DNA of 64,000 bases, taken from assembly GCF_009834535.1 (NCBI RefSeq), contig NC_045697.1, positions 63,304,001 through 63,368,000 of the forward strand, in the 5' to 3' direction. The stretch is from Camelus ferus. Lineage: Eukaryota. The first letter of the stretch is position 1; each line of letters starts with the position of its first letter. The notes under the pieces were generated by a model. It saw only the letters and a list, made by a program, of their open reading frames with translations. It had not been told where the DNA came from and did no database searches. A program made the position numbers and the translations under genes. This document shows positions 50,351 through 63,068 of this stretch, one piece after another.

Positions 50351-53149
50351 ATTAAGGCTAAATTGTTTCACTTTTCTCTTTCTACAGTTGATATTGATTG
50401 GCGATATATTTGTTTTATAAGTGAGTTAGGATGATTATGACATGTTGTCAAAAACAATCATACACCAGCTATACTGAAATACTGATGTGAGATTTTCTAG
50501 TTTGACAGATGAGAAGAAAAGAAAAACAATCTCTAGAGTATTCCTTATGATGGAGAGAGAAGAAATCTGGAAGAAGAAAAATAATCTATTTAAAGACATC
50601 ATCCCAAACCTCCATTTATAGTGGGAACACTTGACATAACTGTTTTAGAAGAAAAACTATAGATCATTGTTTCAGTATATGGTATCTGATGCCTTACAAC
50701 GTTCCTAGGTTGCCCGTAAGGATACTTCAATATCCGGTATCTCTGTCTGGACTTACCTAGCTAGCTAGCTAACTATCTTCGAGAGGCTTTGAGTAAGTGA
50801 ACACTCAGGAAACATTTATAAATAAAGGTAGACAAGACTACTGAATCTGGATAAATGCAACCTGATAGGATGTATGCTTTAGTAACCACTGATGTATTAG
50901 AGACATTGGTCTTAATATATTCAACTCATGTTTTAAACTATTTTATTTCTCACTTGAATCACATAGGATTCATGTTGACTAGTGTGATTTGGGTTGGAAG
51001 TTGTATTATTTACAGAAGAAAATGTCATGTTTACTCATATAGAATATCAATTTAAATGTGTGATTTCAAGAAACAGTAATCACAAAAGAGCCCAAGAAAC
51101 CAGCTATTCTGTTTGAATAAAAAATTCTAGTGTTCTGATATCGTATCTAATTTTATCATCTTAAACATTTTCAAATAAAATTTGCAAAAAACCGTAAAGA
51201 ACTATTTTATAGCCATTGCTTACACATATACATGTATAGCTAAATTAATAAATTTAACATGATGTAAATATTTTAAATGTTTCTTTTCTAGGACTGATAG
51301 TGTCCTCTTGTCAGTGGCTATTTATCTACTTCAGTTACTAGAACAGAGAAATTTTATGCTACTTATTGTACCACTTGAATAATTTGCTTCTAAAAATGTG
51401 AAAATACCTAGAAGTCAAACCAATAATTGCTCTAAACAATACAAAAATAAACTTTGTCTGTCAATAGTATTGTGAACATGATAATCATTGACAAAAAAAT
51501 GTTTCCACTTATAATACACATGCAAATAATATCAATTGAACAAATATAACTAGGATATGTGGGACAGAGGGCAGACTGAATCATATTTGAGTGAATTATG
51601 GGCTAAGAAAAAATCAAATCTCAAAACAATGTCATCAGTTAAGTTTTAAATAAACAACAAAAAAGCAGTCAATAATGACAAAATTATACTAAAAAATGAA
51701 TATATGTCACCTCTTGTTTAATAGTGTCACCATTTTGGTGACTAACATTTTCTAGTCTCTTTCTTGGGACATGCAGGAGCTAACATGTAAATTCAGGAGA
51801 TGCTGAAGGCACAGAGCTTTATCTCTTTGATGCCTTAACATCCTTATAAGATCAGTGGGATTTATTCAAATCTCAGTTGGTTGCATAGAAAGAACAAAAT
51901 GATCCCAGAAGCAGAAGATATTCATTCACCAATGTCCAGTCTGCCTAAAATTTAAGTTCAGTTCTTATATGATTGGCATATTTCATTTGTGTGTGTGTTC
52001 GTTACTAAACAAAACCTCAAGGGATATTTTTGTAATACTTTCATATAAAGAAAATAATTGTTTCTTAACATTATTCCTTTCTTCTCTCCTTTTTTTTTCT
52101 TTTATTTTCTTTTAAGTGGTAACTAATAGATAAGGTAATAGCAACTATTTCTGTTTAATAAAAGTGCAATTTTAAATTACTGACATCACTTACAAATAAA
52201 ATGTTTTAAATCTTTAAACAACATTAAAACAGAAAATGAAATATTTTGACCCACATGAAATTTTTATTTATATCAAGGTCAAATTTTAATTTGTAGAGAA
52301 TTTTTTAGAATGAATATAGAACAAAAGTAGAATATCAAATAAAATATTTTTTTAAACAGTAGAAAATATATCCTAAAGTTCCCAATGATAATTTAGTAGG
52401 GCAATATACTTTTAAAAGATAAGGTAATCACAGAAAGTAGCCATCCATTTTTACCTTTCTAATGAGAGAAGATGAATTAAAGTCAATTTATTAGAGTTAC
52501 CAATGAAAAGAAAGTTTGGCAGTATAACATAAAACTTACAAGATTTGTAATGCATGCAACTCCATTTTAAAGCAGGGTAATTCCACATGAAAACAAAAGC
52601 CCATGTCATTTTCTAGTGCTGACCCCCAACCACTTTACTTGGTCAGAAAACACTAGTCCTAGAACAACTTCATTTTCCCTTCTAAATGCAGGAAAAATTG
52701 GTAGACAAACTATATGGCTCCATATTTAGTATGATTTGAGAAACTTAAAGCCACAAAATATCTGTTTCAAGCAGAAAACATACCCTAAATTTTTCTATGG
52801 GAAGTCATTTCTTCTGAATAGGAAGTAATCTGTTAAAATAAAAATATTGTACCAGTTCCCTATTAACTACCAGCACACTAGCTGAATTAATTACATAAAA
52901 GGGGTCAGCGTGGTGAGAGACAGAGCACAGCATCAGTATGTTGTGACAGGAGGGTTACAAAAAGGGAGCGGCCTCTGGCTTAGAGAGTGCAAAATGAAAT
53001 AAATATCTCATTAATGAATTCTGAATATCCAGGGAGCAATAATTCTCTAAAGCAAACCTAACGAAGATCATAGAAATGGACATGACAGGTATACACCAAA
53101 GGGTGTTGAGAGCATTGGAAAAATACTCTCCATTTTACACTTTAGTCTT

Positions 53150-53780
53150 GGGTGTGCCAAATATAAAACACAGGGTTCTCTGACACAAGCCCCAGAAGCC
53201 TAATTTTGCTCACTTCATTAAGAAAAAAAAAATTATTGTAAGGATATGAAATAGCTCACAGAAATAAAGGGAAAGCCAAACACTAAACAGGCTTCAAGAA
53301 GATCTAGCACATAGTAATGTCAGGGATAAGAGAGCAGGGCCATCTACACGGTCTGCAGAGCCCAGAAAAAAGTAAAAATTCAAGGCTCCTTGTCTGGAAA
53401 TTGGGAGTTTCAAGATGATAACAGCAGAGTATTAAGCCAAAAGTAGAACCCTTCTAAAAGCCAGATCTTGTGTCCCTGCAGAAGATGCAAGCCCGTGAAT
53501 TCGGCCCTGGGTTTCAGGAATGAATGGATAAGATCTTCAAGGCTCCACCATGAGAACACATTAGCTACTGTGGTTTTCTGTCCCTGTGCTGTGTTGCTCA
53601 AGTTTCATATTTCTGGGAACCAGAGTTTGTTTGTAGGCCAAGTCATGTGACCACACGAAACAAGAGATGAGGGGACCTTGTTCAGCAATCCCATGTTGAT
53701 TGCATGCAGTCATGGAGGAGAGGAGGGGCTTTCTCAAAGAAAAATAAAGGCATTTTTAGCATAGGAAGGGGGAGAATTTC
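53150..53780 (-). mobile_element. Ancient MLT1 (K/L-like) MaLR LTR interrupted by MER45A
   Basis: TTATTGTAAGGATATGAAATAGCTCACAGAAAT...GTCATGTGACCA...TTTCTCAAAGAAAAAT...GGAAGGGGGAGA; heavily diverged. Confidence 0.5.
53335..53509. mobile_element. MER45A-like hAT-Tip100 MITE
   Basis: Terminal inverted repeats CAGGGCC...GGCCCTG; internal TTTCAAGATGATAACAGCAGAGTATTAAGCCAA. Confidence 0.8.
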
Positions 53781-55987
53781 TTTATACGCACACAGATACT
53801 CACATAAAAAAACAAAAACAGAATCCATTCTAACACTACTCTGACTGGTTTCTAAGAAGTTTCCTGTAAGAAAATATCCCCAAATTGTTCACTTCAGTGA
53901 TTCTGGGGAACTTTTTTTAAAAACCAAAATTGTTTTCAGGTCAATTTCCCAATATAAATTATTATAGTATAGCTTCCTACTCTCCTATGAAACTATTGAA
54001 GAATAAGATAAAAAAGTTTTGGATGAAAAGAGAAATAAAAAGATAATAGAAATTACTCTGAGGTAAGAATTAGCTTATATTTTTCAATCTGTATGTATGC
54101 CCTTTAGAGTCTGGCTGAGGGAGCTCACTGAATTTTTGCCAAGCAGCTGTCTCTGGAGGGAACAGAGGGGTTAGGACACAGACTTTAGAGCCAAAATCTT
54201 TCTATTTAAAGCTCGGTTTTGCTTTTTGCATCCTGTTCAGTCTCTGTCCTTTAAGTTCCTCTTCTGTAGATTATTGATATCTTAGTTGACCATTAAAATA
54301 TATTAAAAGGTGGTACATTAAGGACACAATTAAGACCATTCACTAAAGAAAACACTTTTTTTCAGGCATCAAGTAGATATAAAACAACTTCATATAGTCA
54401 TTTTGGGAAGACTTGTTTTAGGAATGGAACTTGATTTTTATCTGAGGAATTTCTTTTTCCCTGTTATCCTTCCTTAAATACATCGTTGTCTCTGGAGAGC
54501 AAAGAGCAAAATGGAGGGTTTTTTTTTTTATCAGTTCTTCATAGGTTGCGTAAAGAAAAGGAGTGGGTATTTTCTTTTTCATCCTCATCTCTGGTTCAAA
54601 GACAATTGAACATTGATACCAATCTGTGTTTCTGCTGCTTGTGTAAAAGAGAAACCATCCTAGGCCACCAGCACCCACTGTTAATCTGGTTTTAAATGTC
54701 AAGTACACTTCAGCATAGAAAGAAAGAAACTGAGATAACATTCAAAGGGGAATATATTGGAGACAAAGATAGAGTCCAACAATCTAAGTGTCTGTGTCTT
54801 CCTGACAGGAGTTAGAAAAAGATTCATCAACAGAAACCTAAAACATTTTGCAGCTTCTGACTTATCTAACCTTGTGATTTATGGCCACATTTCCTGTTTA
54901 TATATGTATGGTTGTAGTATTTGTCTATGTTCATGTTATACTGATGAATAATGGAAAGGTAATTCAGCAACTTTAAACTGAATCATTTAAATCAGTTTAG
55001 GTATGACACTCTGTCTTAATGTCATTCCTTTCAAGGTCTAGTCTCAGATTCTCTTACTGGCCTCAAGGATTTTTTGTTTGTTCCTTGCAGAAGATATTTA
55101 TACCTTGACACTTGTATGATGTATAATCTATGCATAAACTGTGTGATACACTTTGCATTTACACAGATAATCTGGCCTGTTATTTATGACAACTTTAGTG
55201 GTTCTCTGTTTCAGAGAGAAAAAATATTGACACGTTTTGCCTTTCTTGTCCATTTATGATTACGTTTATTTTTAAAGTCTACATTTTTAGAATCAGCACC
55301 ATTTGATGGTTCTATATGTTGAGACTATACTTTCACTATTATAATGTTTATTATTTTACCATGTAGCATAGAGATTTGAAATAAATTCAGCACCTTTCTT
55401 GGAGACAATTTTGTCATAAGCCAAATTATTTACTATAGGAAATTATTTACTGTAATATTTTACAAATCTAATTCCTTAGGATGTTAATAGTTATTATGAG
55501 TGCTCAATAAGTAATTATTGAAAGAATAAACGAATGAATATTTAAGTTTAGGAAATACAGTCTTACACAAAGTTAGCAGGATTCTTTACTAGGATTACTC
55601 AGCTATTATTATGCTAATACAACACACAAGCTCCTAAAGACTTAAACTTTTTTTTAAAAGGCATATTTGATTATTAATACTTTGTTAAAAATAAAAAGCA
55701 ATTGTATTTTTAGCTGCCCCCTGCCAAGTCCATATTGTGCTTTATATCACACAGGGACAATCTGTTACAGGATTGGGTACACAGAGCAGCTGTGTTCTGT
55801 TTGCTGTGCACTGCAGCTGCAATTTCAACTGACCATCAAGAGCAGACTGTGGCCTTGTAACCCAAAATGAAAGATACCTCTAGTTTCTCTTAACTGAATT
55901 ATAGTTCACAGTATATTAATCACGGTATATAATATCATGATTGACTACTAGTTATCTTAAAAAGTGATATTACTTAGAATATAATTA

Positions 55988-56567
55988 CATTACCAGAGAG
56001 TAGGTTCTTGTCTCGTTGCAGAAGGAATTCAGAAATGAGACACGGGGGTCAAGAAAGTAAAGTGAGGGTTTGTTATGGGATAGGACACTCGAGAGTGAGT
56101 ACTGCCCTGAGTTTCTTTGGCAAACTGGTTACATAGGGTATAAAAATGAATGGGCGGAATATTCATTGGGGAGGGAGAAGTTTGGGGTCGTATTCCCTGA
56201 TTTTCATCCCCTCTCCACCTTCCCGAGGGAGGGAGGGATTTTTGTCCTTATATAATTTTGATGGGAAGTGTCATGGCCTCGCTGCATGATGGATACTTCC
56301 TATCTGCAAGGCTAATTTTATTGTAATAAGGACATAATGAGCAAAAGGTTATATTCGGATGCCAGAGTTTCCCACCTTTTACCACCTTTCTTTGTTTGTC
56401 TCCAGGACACCTGTCACCCCAAAACATGTGATTTCTTACCAGTTTGGAGGTTTCTGCTTTTCTGTCTGTCCAAGGTCCCCCATTGTTCACAAGATGTATG
56501 GTTTCCTGCCATTTGGCCCATGACCCCTCTTTCTCTGCTCATATCTAGCTATCTGCCTCCTCTAATA
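55988..56567 (-). mobile_element. ERV1-type solo LTR, copy B (same family as 38095-38749)
   Basis: Shares AGAAGGAATTCAGA, AAGAAAGTAAAGTGAGG, TTTCTTTGGCAAA.TGGTTACATAG, GGAAGTGTCATGGC and CATATCTAGCTATCTGCCT with copy A. Approximate TSD ATTA/ATTG. Confidence 0.85.
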
Positions 56568-56987
56568 ATTGCAGCTGGTAATTGAAGAAAACAATGCTTA
56601 CTTATTGATTACCAGCTTATTAATCTTCAGATACTTTCTAATTTTCCTTAATCTAATTTCAGGCACAGAGTTGTAACTCTTCAATGCTTATGATTCCAAA
56701 AGCCACTTAGTGTCTAGAATTAGGCTTTGGGACAACTTACTGGCTAGAACCTACTTAAGTATTTTTCATTTAGTAGGAATGATCTTCAAAATAAGTTGCA
56801 TACTACACATTGTTTGCTATATTATTAAAAATGAGATTTTCCTCACTCAAACAATTGTACTTCCACTACAACTTTATGTTACCTAAAATAGTTCTCCCCA
56901 AGAACAAGAATCTCCATTCTCAGGAGGAACTAGATTTAAACCCAGAAGCTATGAAAATTCCTATTACACTTTATTCTTGTGCAACTA

Positions 56988-57275
56988 TAGTTGACCCTTG
57001 AACAACATGGGTTTGAACTGTGCTGGTCCATCATACAAGGATTTTTTTTTTAAATAAATATATAGTTGGCCCTGCACATCTATGGTTTTCACATCTGTGG
57101 ATTCAACCAACCCAGCATCACAAAGAATACCTGATCCAGGGTTGGTTGAATCCTGGGATGTGGGAAGCATAGATTTGGAGGGCGACTGTGGAACTCAAGC
57201 ATACTTAGCATACGTGGATTTTGATACCTGCCCAGGTTCCTGGAACCATGTAGTGCAGATACCAAGGGGCAATGG
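56988..57275 (+). mobile_element. Tigger2a-like (Tigger2a_Art type) TcMar MITE
   Basis: TA TSDs, left end (C/T)AGTTGACCCTTGAACAACATGGGTTTGAACTG, internal palindrome, right end GATACCAAGGGGCAATGG|TA. Confidence 0.85.
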
Positions 57276-60200
57276 TACTTGATATCTATATTCATACTCC
57301 AAACTAGTTTCTATTATAATTATTTCTGTCATTGTTGTTGTTTTAATTCTACTTGATATTATTCTCTTCTTTCTTTATCTACCTCTAATGTAATGACTAC
57401 GTTTAAGAGTTTCACCTTGATAAGGCTCCAAAGGTAAATCTGAAAGTGCTCCATGGGAAATTGTGATATGTAAATCTGTTATTTAGGATTAATACACTAG
57501 AATTCTTAGCACATGTGTATAGTGTATGTGAAATTGCCATATATTAATTTATTCAACAGAAACTTGGAAATATAAAGATCACCAAAAAGAGTCTCAGCTT
57601 CTTTGGTGTTATTGGACCAAAAGGAAGAGGCAATTAATGCAGCCTGAGGTAGTGTGAAGGATTGGAGAGGACTTCCTGGGAGAGGGGGGTGCACTAATTT
57701 AGGCTTAAAGGATAAGTATAAATTAGCCACATGATGTCAAAACTCATATGTATCCTGGGGAAAATTATGGCGAGTAAGCATGATAAGATATGTCTAACCT
57801 ATTCTGCTATTGCACTACATGATTTGTTTGTCTTGCTAAAGCTAGCAAGACAAGAGTATGACCCAGTGGGCTGGAGATACAGTCCTGGAATCCATATATG
57901 AGTAGTAAGCCAGGCGATTTTTGTGTATGTGTAAGTTTGTCAAGGTATTTGGAAATACTTGATTTTGTGTAATGTGGAAAATCTTATTTTTCTAGTTGAA
58001 ATTGAATATAAACCATCACAGTGCCTTTTGTTATTCACTTCAAGAACAGAATCTGGGAAATTTTGTTGATAAGCTTGATGTAGGTTTTACTAATTTTTCT
58101 CAAATTGGTAAAGTTGTGGCTCTAAAAATTTACTCAAAGTCATAATCTCCAAGTCTTTTAGCTTCAGAAAATGTTGGAGGTTTTACAGTTTCCTTGCCTC
58201 TGTGTATTATGCTAATAATTTTAGGTATTTCCTTTATGTCAAGTTACAGGGCAACAATTGATTTTCTGTTTGGAAGCACTACTTCCTGGATTATACTTTC
58301 ATGGCTAACACTTATTACACTTAGATTGTTAAGAATTTTGAATACTTTTAAAAGGTAAAGGGCATAGAAAAATCTTTTAAAACTAGGTAATTGACTGTAG
58401 ATTGTATAAATTTTAGCATATCTTCAATGGTATGTATCAGAACTTTATTGTAATTGACCTTTGCTGCTTATATTTTTTAAAAATTGCATTTTATAAAGGT
58501 TACTTAAATTCTTAGAGGCAAATTAAAGACATTCTATATTTTTGTTTTATTTTCTAAGAAGTTTCTGATATATGCAAATTATTGCAAGCAAGTATACAGT
58601 AACTTTTTAAATAAACATTCTTGTAAATTATATTAAAAAGCCCATGATGTGTTCTCCTTAAATGGTCATAAAAGGAAAATTTTGCACACAAGTTCTTAAA
58701 ATAACGTCAGGTTCTAAATATATTATGCAATAATGAAATAGGATAAGGTTTATGGTGGTAGTTTGGTTCTGAAAGATGAATCAAATTCCCTACATGATGT
58801 GGATCTGAAGCAAGACCTTGGTACTTTTGTGACTTACGATCCTCGTATTGAAGGGAAGAGGGCAGGTAACAAATAGCACTGGGAAAAAAATTACTTTCAA
58901 AAACACAATTTACATCTCTAAAAATGATGGCTTATACGTTTTTATTCTGTTATACTACAAACATGAAACTTGTTGAAAAGAATTTTATTTTAAAAAAGAA
59001 AAAAGTTTAATTATAAGGCAAGTCATATTAGAGCTTGAGTTTGTGACTTTAGAAAAGATTACTTTTAAAGGCAAATATAAATTAAATAATAACTTTTCCT
59101 GTGTATTTCTTCCACTAAAAATACTTCAAATTAATTATAATGTGTAAGTACTCTAGTAGGTAACTATAAAATGTGTATCATAGATAACTATAAAAATTGC
59201 CTTGTATCTAAAATACACTTATAGAATACTACCACAATCAAGACATTAACTAGAATAAAATAATACAGTAAAACTCTTTCCCATTTTTAGATGATTTTCA
59301 TCTTTATACATGCATTTGAAAGTAAATTTAGCAACAATTTACTACAATGAAATTGAACAGTTTTAAAAAGTTCTTTAGTGTCATAGTGAGATAATTATTC
59401 CTCAAAAATCAGATTTTATTCAACTTTAATTTGTTTTCCTTCTATAGTTCAGAATTTTCCAAATATAATCACTTCCATGGTGTGCTGGATGAGAGGGTGG
59501 GAAATTTTTCCTGACTCCCCCCAAAAAGAGATATGTATAAGGAAAATGTTGAATATAAGAGTCTGCAAACATATCAGAGAATTGACGTTGTTTGTATGAT
59601 GAATTGCCTGGGAAACTAGAAAGAAGAAATTTAAGATTTTTAAAAACTTTTGGTTGATATCTGTTAGACACAGGAAGACCAGCCAGTCTATGAGTTTTTC
59701 TAAATTGAGAATCACTTGTACAATATCAGGGAAAAATAAATAAAAATTTGATCTCCATCTGTATAAAATGTTTTTGTTGATTCTGTGCCCTTAACTTTCT
59801 GACGGCTTGAGTGCTCTGGGAAAGAAAACCAAATATACTATTAATTCAATCATAGCATACTTAAAACTTACAGTATCTACAATTAAGTGAGTAATTACAA
59901 AATGAAAGATGTATAAATGTGCACAAAGATTTTGGTGTATATCTTTATATGAATGTACGCACATGGGATTTTTAAAACAATAATTTGAATCATTGTTTCC
60001 TGAACTTTATTGTATTTTCATCCCTGCATTCATTCATTCTAGTTCTTTTCCTAAGTGAAATGATCCTTAAACTGGATCTTAAATCACATGTGAAAACAAA
60101 AGTAGAGAATGAAAGGGAAAACTATGCATGACATTAATGGCATAGTGAAAAGTTGCTGAACAAAGACAATCAACTCAGTCTTTTCTTTTCAAGGCTAAAC

Positions 60201-60409
60201 AACTACTTTCGAAGTTTGTATGAGCAGGTTTACACTCATAGAATATCTACTTTCTTGAAAATTTCCAAGAAGGAAATTCTAACTTTTCTAGGGAGTAGCA
60301 GTCCTTTGTAATTCCCTGCGATTATAACCTAACATTTCACTATTTCAGCTTCAGTGAAAATAGCATAGATAAATGCAAGTATATTTTAAATTTTAACCCT
60401 ATTAAAAGA

Positions 60410-60580
60410 TGATGCAATATGGAGAAAAGAGCGCTGGACTAGAAGTCAGGAGACCAGGATTCCACACCTTCTAGCTTAGATCCTTAGAAAATAAATTTAA
60501 GTTTGAGCTCCTTATATATTAAATAGGAATGTTAAACTAGACCTATAATGCTTTTGCTAGCACTAAATTTGATTATTCTT
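60410..60580 (+). mobile_element. MIR3/MIRc-like SINE
   Basis: AAAAGAGCGCTGGACTAGAAGTCAGGAGACCAGGATTC...CTAGCACTAAATTTGATTATTCT. Confidence 0.7.
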
Positions 60581-60775
60581 TTGATATGAGCATTGCATAC
60601 AATTGTGCAAGGTTTTGTGGATACATTAATGAACAAGAAAAATAAGCGCTATTCATATTTCCTTTGAATTGCTAGTCTCAAATATAGTCATTAAACAAAT
60701 ACACAATTAACTTGTTATCCTGCTGTTATTTCTAGATTTACTGTTCTTATTGGAATTTATAATTTAGTGGTGATA

Positions 60776-61253
60776 CTAGTTAGAATGCTTTCTGCTTCAA
60801 GTTAGAGAAAAACCTAACTCAAAGTTCATTAAACAGTCAAAAAATATGTTATCTTCTCTAACAAGAAATCTAGAGATAGCAAGTCTCTAGTGTTGAATAA
60901 CTGAGAGAAATAGTGACATTATATGGAGGCAGGCCTACCCAACTTTTTTGCTTTTTGGTTTTCCCACAGCTGAGTTTTTGCCTGTTTGCAGAGTACACCA
61001 ATAGTTCCAAGTAGTACATCAAGCCAAAATATGTACAGGAAAGATGGCCATCTCTTTTCTGTGGGTCTCCTTTTACCAGAGAGGAAACAGTTCCTTGAAG
61101 ATTCCCACCAGATTGCCTGTCATTTCTTGGAGCCATAGGAGAGCCAGCATTTGAACAAATTACAGAGTGTTTTGGTTTTGTTTGCTTTTGTTTTAAAGAG
61201 TCAGGAAGGTAGTATGAGTGAATAGGGACAAGCAGCCAACAATACCTGCTATA
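60776..61253 (-). mobile_element. MLT1J/K-like MaLR LTR
   Basis: AGTTAGAATGCTTTCTGCTTCAAGTTAGAGAAAAACCTAACTCAAA...TAACAAGAAATCTAGAG...GCAGCCAACAATACCTGCTATA. Confidence 0.7.
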
Positions 61254-61254
61254 A

Positions 61255-61700
61255 TAATTTTTTCCATTCAGAAATTATATCAATTAATTCTAGAATTGAG
61301 TTTCCATTTTAGTTATTTTTTAATAGTTTTTATTTCTCTGATGAGAGTAAACATCTATTTATTCATTGTGTTCACTTTTTCTTTTAAGACTTTGAACATA
61401 TTTATCATAGCTGCTTAAAATCCTTGTCTGCTAATTCCCATATAAGGGTCATCTCATAGTGTCTATGGATTGTTTTCTGCTGCTTTGCATATCTATTCAT
61501 TTGCCAGACATTGTGGCTTACATATTTTTGAGAGTCTGTATTTTACTGTCTTTCTTTAGAGAAAGAAGAGTTGTTGTAGCAGGCAGTTAATTCACAAGTA
61601 GATCAGATTGATTTTTTCAGAGTTTTTTTAAGTTTGGAAGTCTCATCTCTCCTAGCATTGCACAGCTTCTTTGTCAGTGGCAGGTACTCTTTTGTGTCTG
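61255..61700 (-). mobile_element. Ancient L1 fragment (5'/ORF1 region)
   Basis: TTGAACATATTTATCATAGCTGCTTAAAATCCTTGTCTGCTAATTCC, a typical antisense old-L1 ORF1 motif. Confidence 0.65.
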
Positions 61701-62029
61701 CATAAACATGAAAACTCCAGCTTGCTTTTACAGGCTGTATCCAAGTTCAACACCCTGAAACCACCACAGTGGCAACTCATATAACTATTGCTGTTTTAAT
61801 TTTGCCCTTTGGCGCCTGGAAATTTTTCTGTCTTTTCCTCCTGTACTACAATATGTTTAAAAATAAACATGATTATAATTTATCCAGTGTTTCGCTGCAT
61901 TTAGAACACGAGGTAGAGTGTAGGACAGCTTAGTCCAATGTGTTCTCAAGGGTCTCCTCAAATTATTTTTTTACACTGCATCTGGGATAAATGCTATAAA
62001 GGAAGGCACAGCATGGAAAAGAGGAACTG

Positions 62030-62315
62030 GCCTATGTTTGAAGGGTGGAGTACTAGATGCAAAGGAGGTTTCCTGATGAAGTGATGTATTTTAAAATGAG
62101 ACCTGAAGGTGGATAAGCAATGCTTTTTCATGCAGATAGAAAAACACGTGCAAAGTTCCTGAGGCAGAATGGAGCTTGGCACATTTCAGTGCCTGAATGA
62201 AGGACAGTGTAATTGGAACTCAAAAAACTAGGAAGCAGTTGTTATAAGATGAGGTATGTGAGGTAAACAGTTGCTAGTTAACCTTTTTGGTTTTGTTAAG
62301 ACGTAAGGATTTTAT
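62030..62315 (-). mobile_element. L2 fragment
   Basis: GGAGGTTTCCTGATGAAGTGATG...TGAGACCTGAAGGTGGATAAG...CGTGCAAAGTTCCTGAGGCAGAATGGAGCTTGGCACATTTC. Confidence 0.8.
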
Positions 62316-62519
62316 CTGGTCTTTCCCCATATTTTGCCTTTGCTCTACCTATCAGTTCAGCTAGTAGCATAATCCTTCTCACATGTGAATTCATCTCAAT
62401 GTAAAATGATATGAATTTACATGTCAATGTCACCCAGTTCTTATAACCACTACTATACTACTGTGGAAGGATGGATATTTATTTCATCCCTGCCAAAAGT
62501 ACAGCTAAATATGAAATTA

Positions 62520-63068
62520 TGAAATAATTTCGGATACAAGCCCCATAAGATGGCTGCTGTCATGCTGTCTGTCCATCCCCTGTCCAATCTGACCCTTCCT
62601 CACCCTTACCTTATGTTCATGATTGCCTCCTCTTCCTAAGCTGACAGTTTAACCAATAACTACCTGCATGCTTGGCCAACCCCCAGCTAAAGATTATTTT
62701 AGCCTTTGGACCAGAATGGATCCAGTATGTTCCCTCATCAACAGGCAACAGCAGCCCTCACGACAGGTGCTAACTCAGAGCTGTGAGAGGCGTGCTCCAG
62801 CAGTCATCTGGCAACCTACGAGCCCTTCTAGTGTCATGCCCCCTATAACTGATAGCCTCCTCCCCCAGGTAGCAAACATCACTGCTGTGTCCTGCCTGCC
62901 ATCGGTAGTACACGGTGGGGTGTTTCTCCAGGACCTTTGCTTCTAACTTGTAATATTCCCTGTCCAATAAATCACTAATGTCTCTGTCGCTGACTTTGGG
63001 TTCTTTCTTCAGTTTCACGGCTGGGCAGCTGCAAGGATTGCAGGACTGTGAAGCACAGACCAATAACA
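62520..63068 (+). mobile_element. Solo LTR of an ERV family I cannot name
   Basis: GC-richer 550-bp block with AAGATGGC near the 5' end, CCAAT boxes, TATA-like CCTATAA, AATAAA at 62966-62971 followed by a GT/T-rich U5, and a terminal TAACA; 5' boundary uncertain. Confidence 0.7.

Noticed and set aside
50750..50775. Perfect minus-strand donor (TAG|GTAAGT) beside a (GCTA)n run
   Set aside because: The upstream segment has stop codons and no convincing acceptor; the signal arises at a short tandem repeat.
38095..56567. Full-length provirus bounded by the two related LTRs
   Set aside because: TSDs differ, the LTRs are substantially diverged, the spacing is too long, and the interior consists of older repeats without gag/pol/env.
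57828..57853. 11-bp inverted repeat TTGTCTTGCTA-AAGC-TAGCAAGACAA
   Set aside because: Borderline chance expectation given the window size and loop-length freedom; no supporting context.
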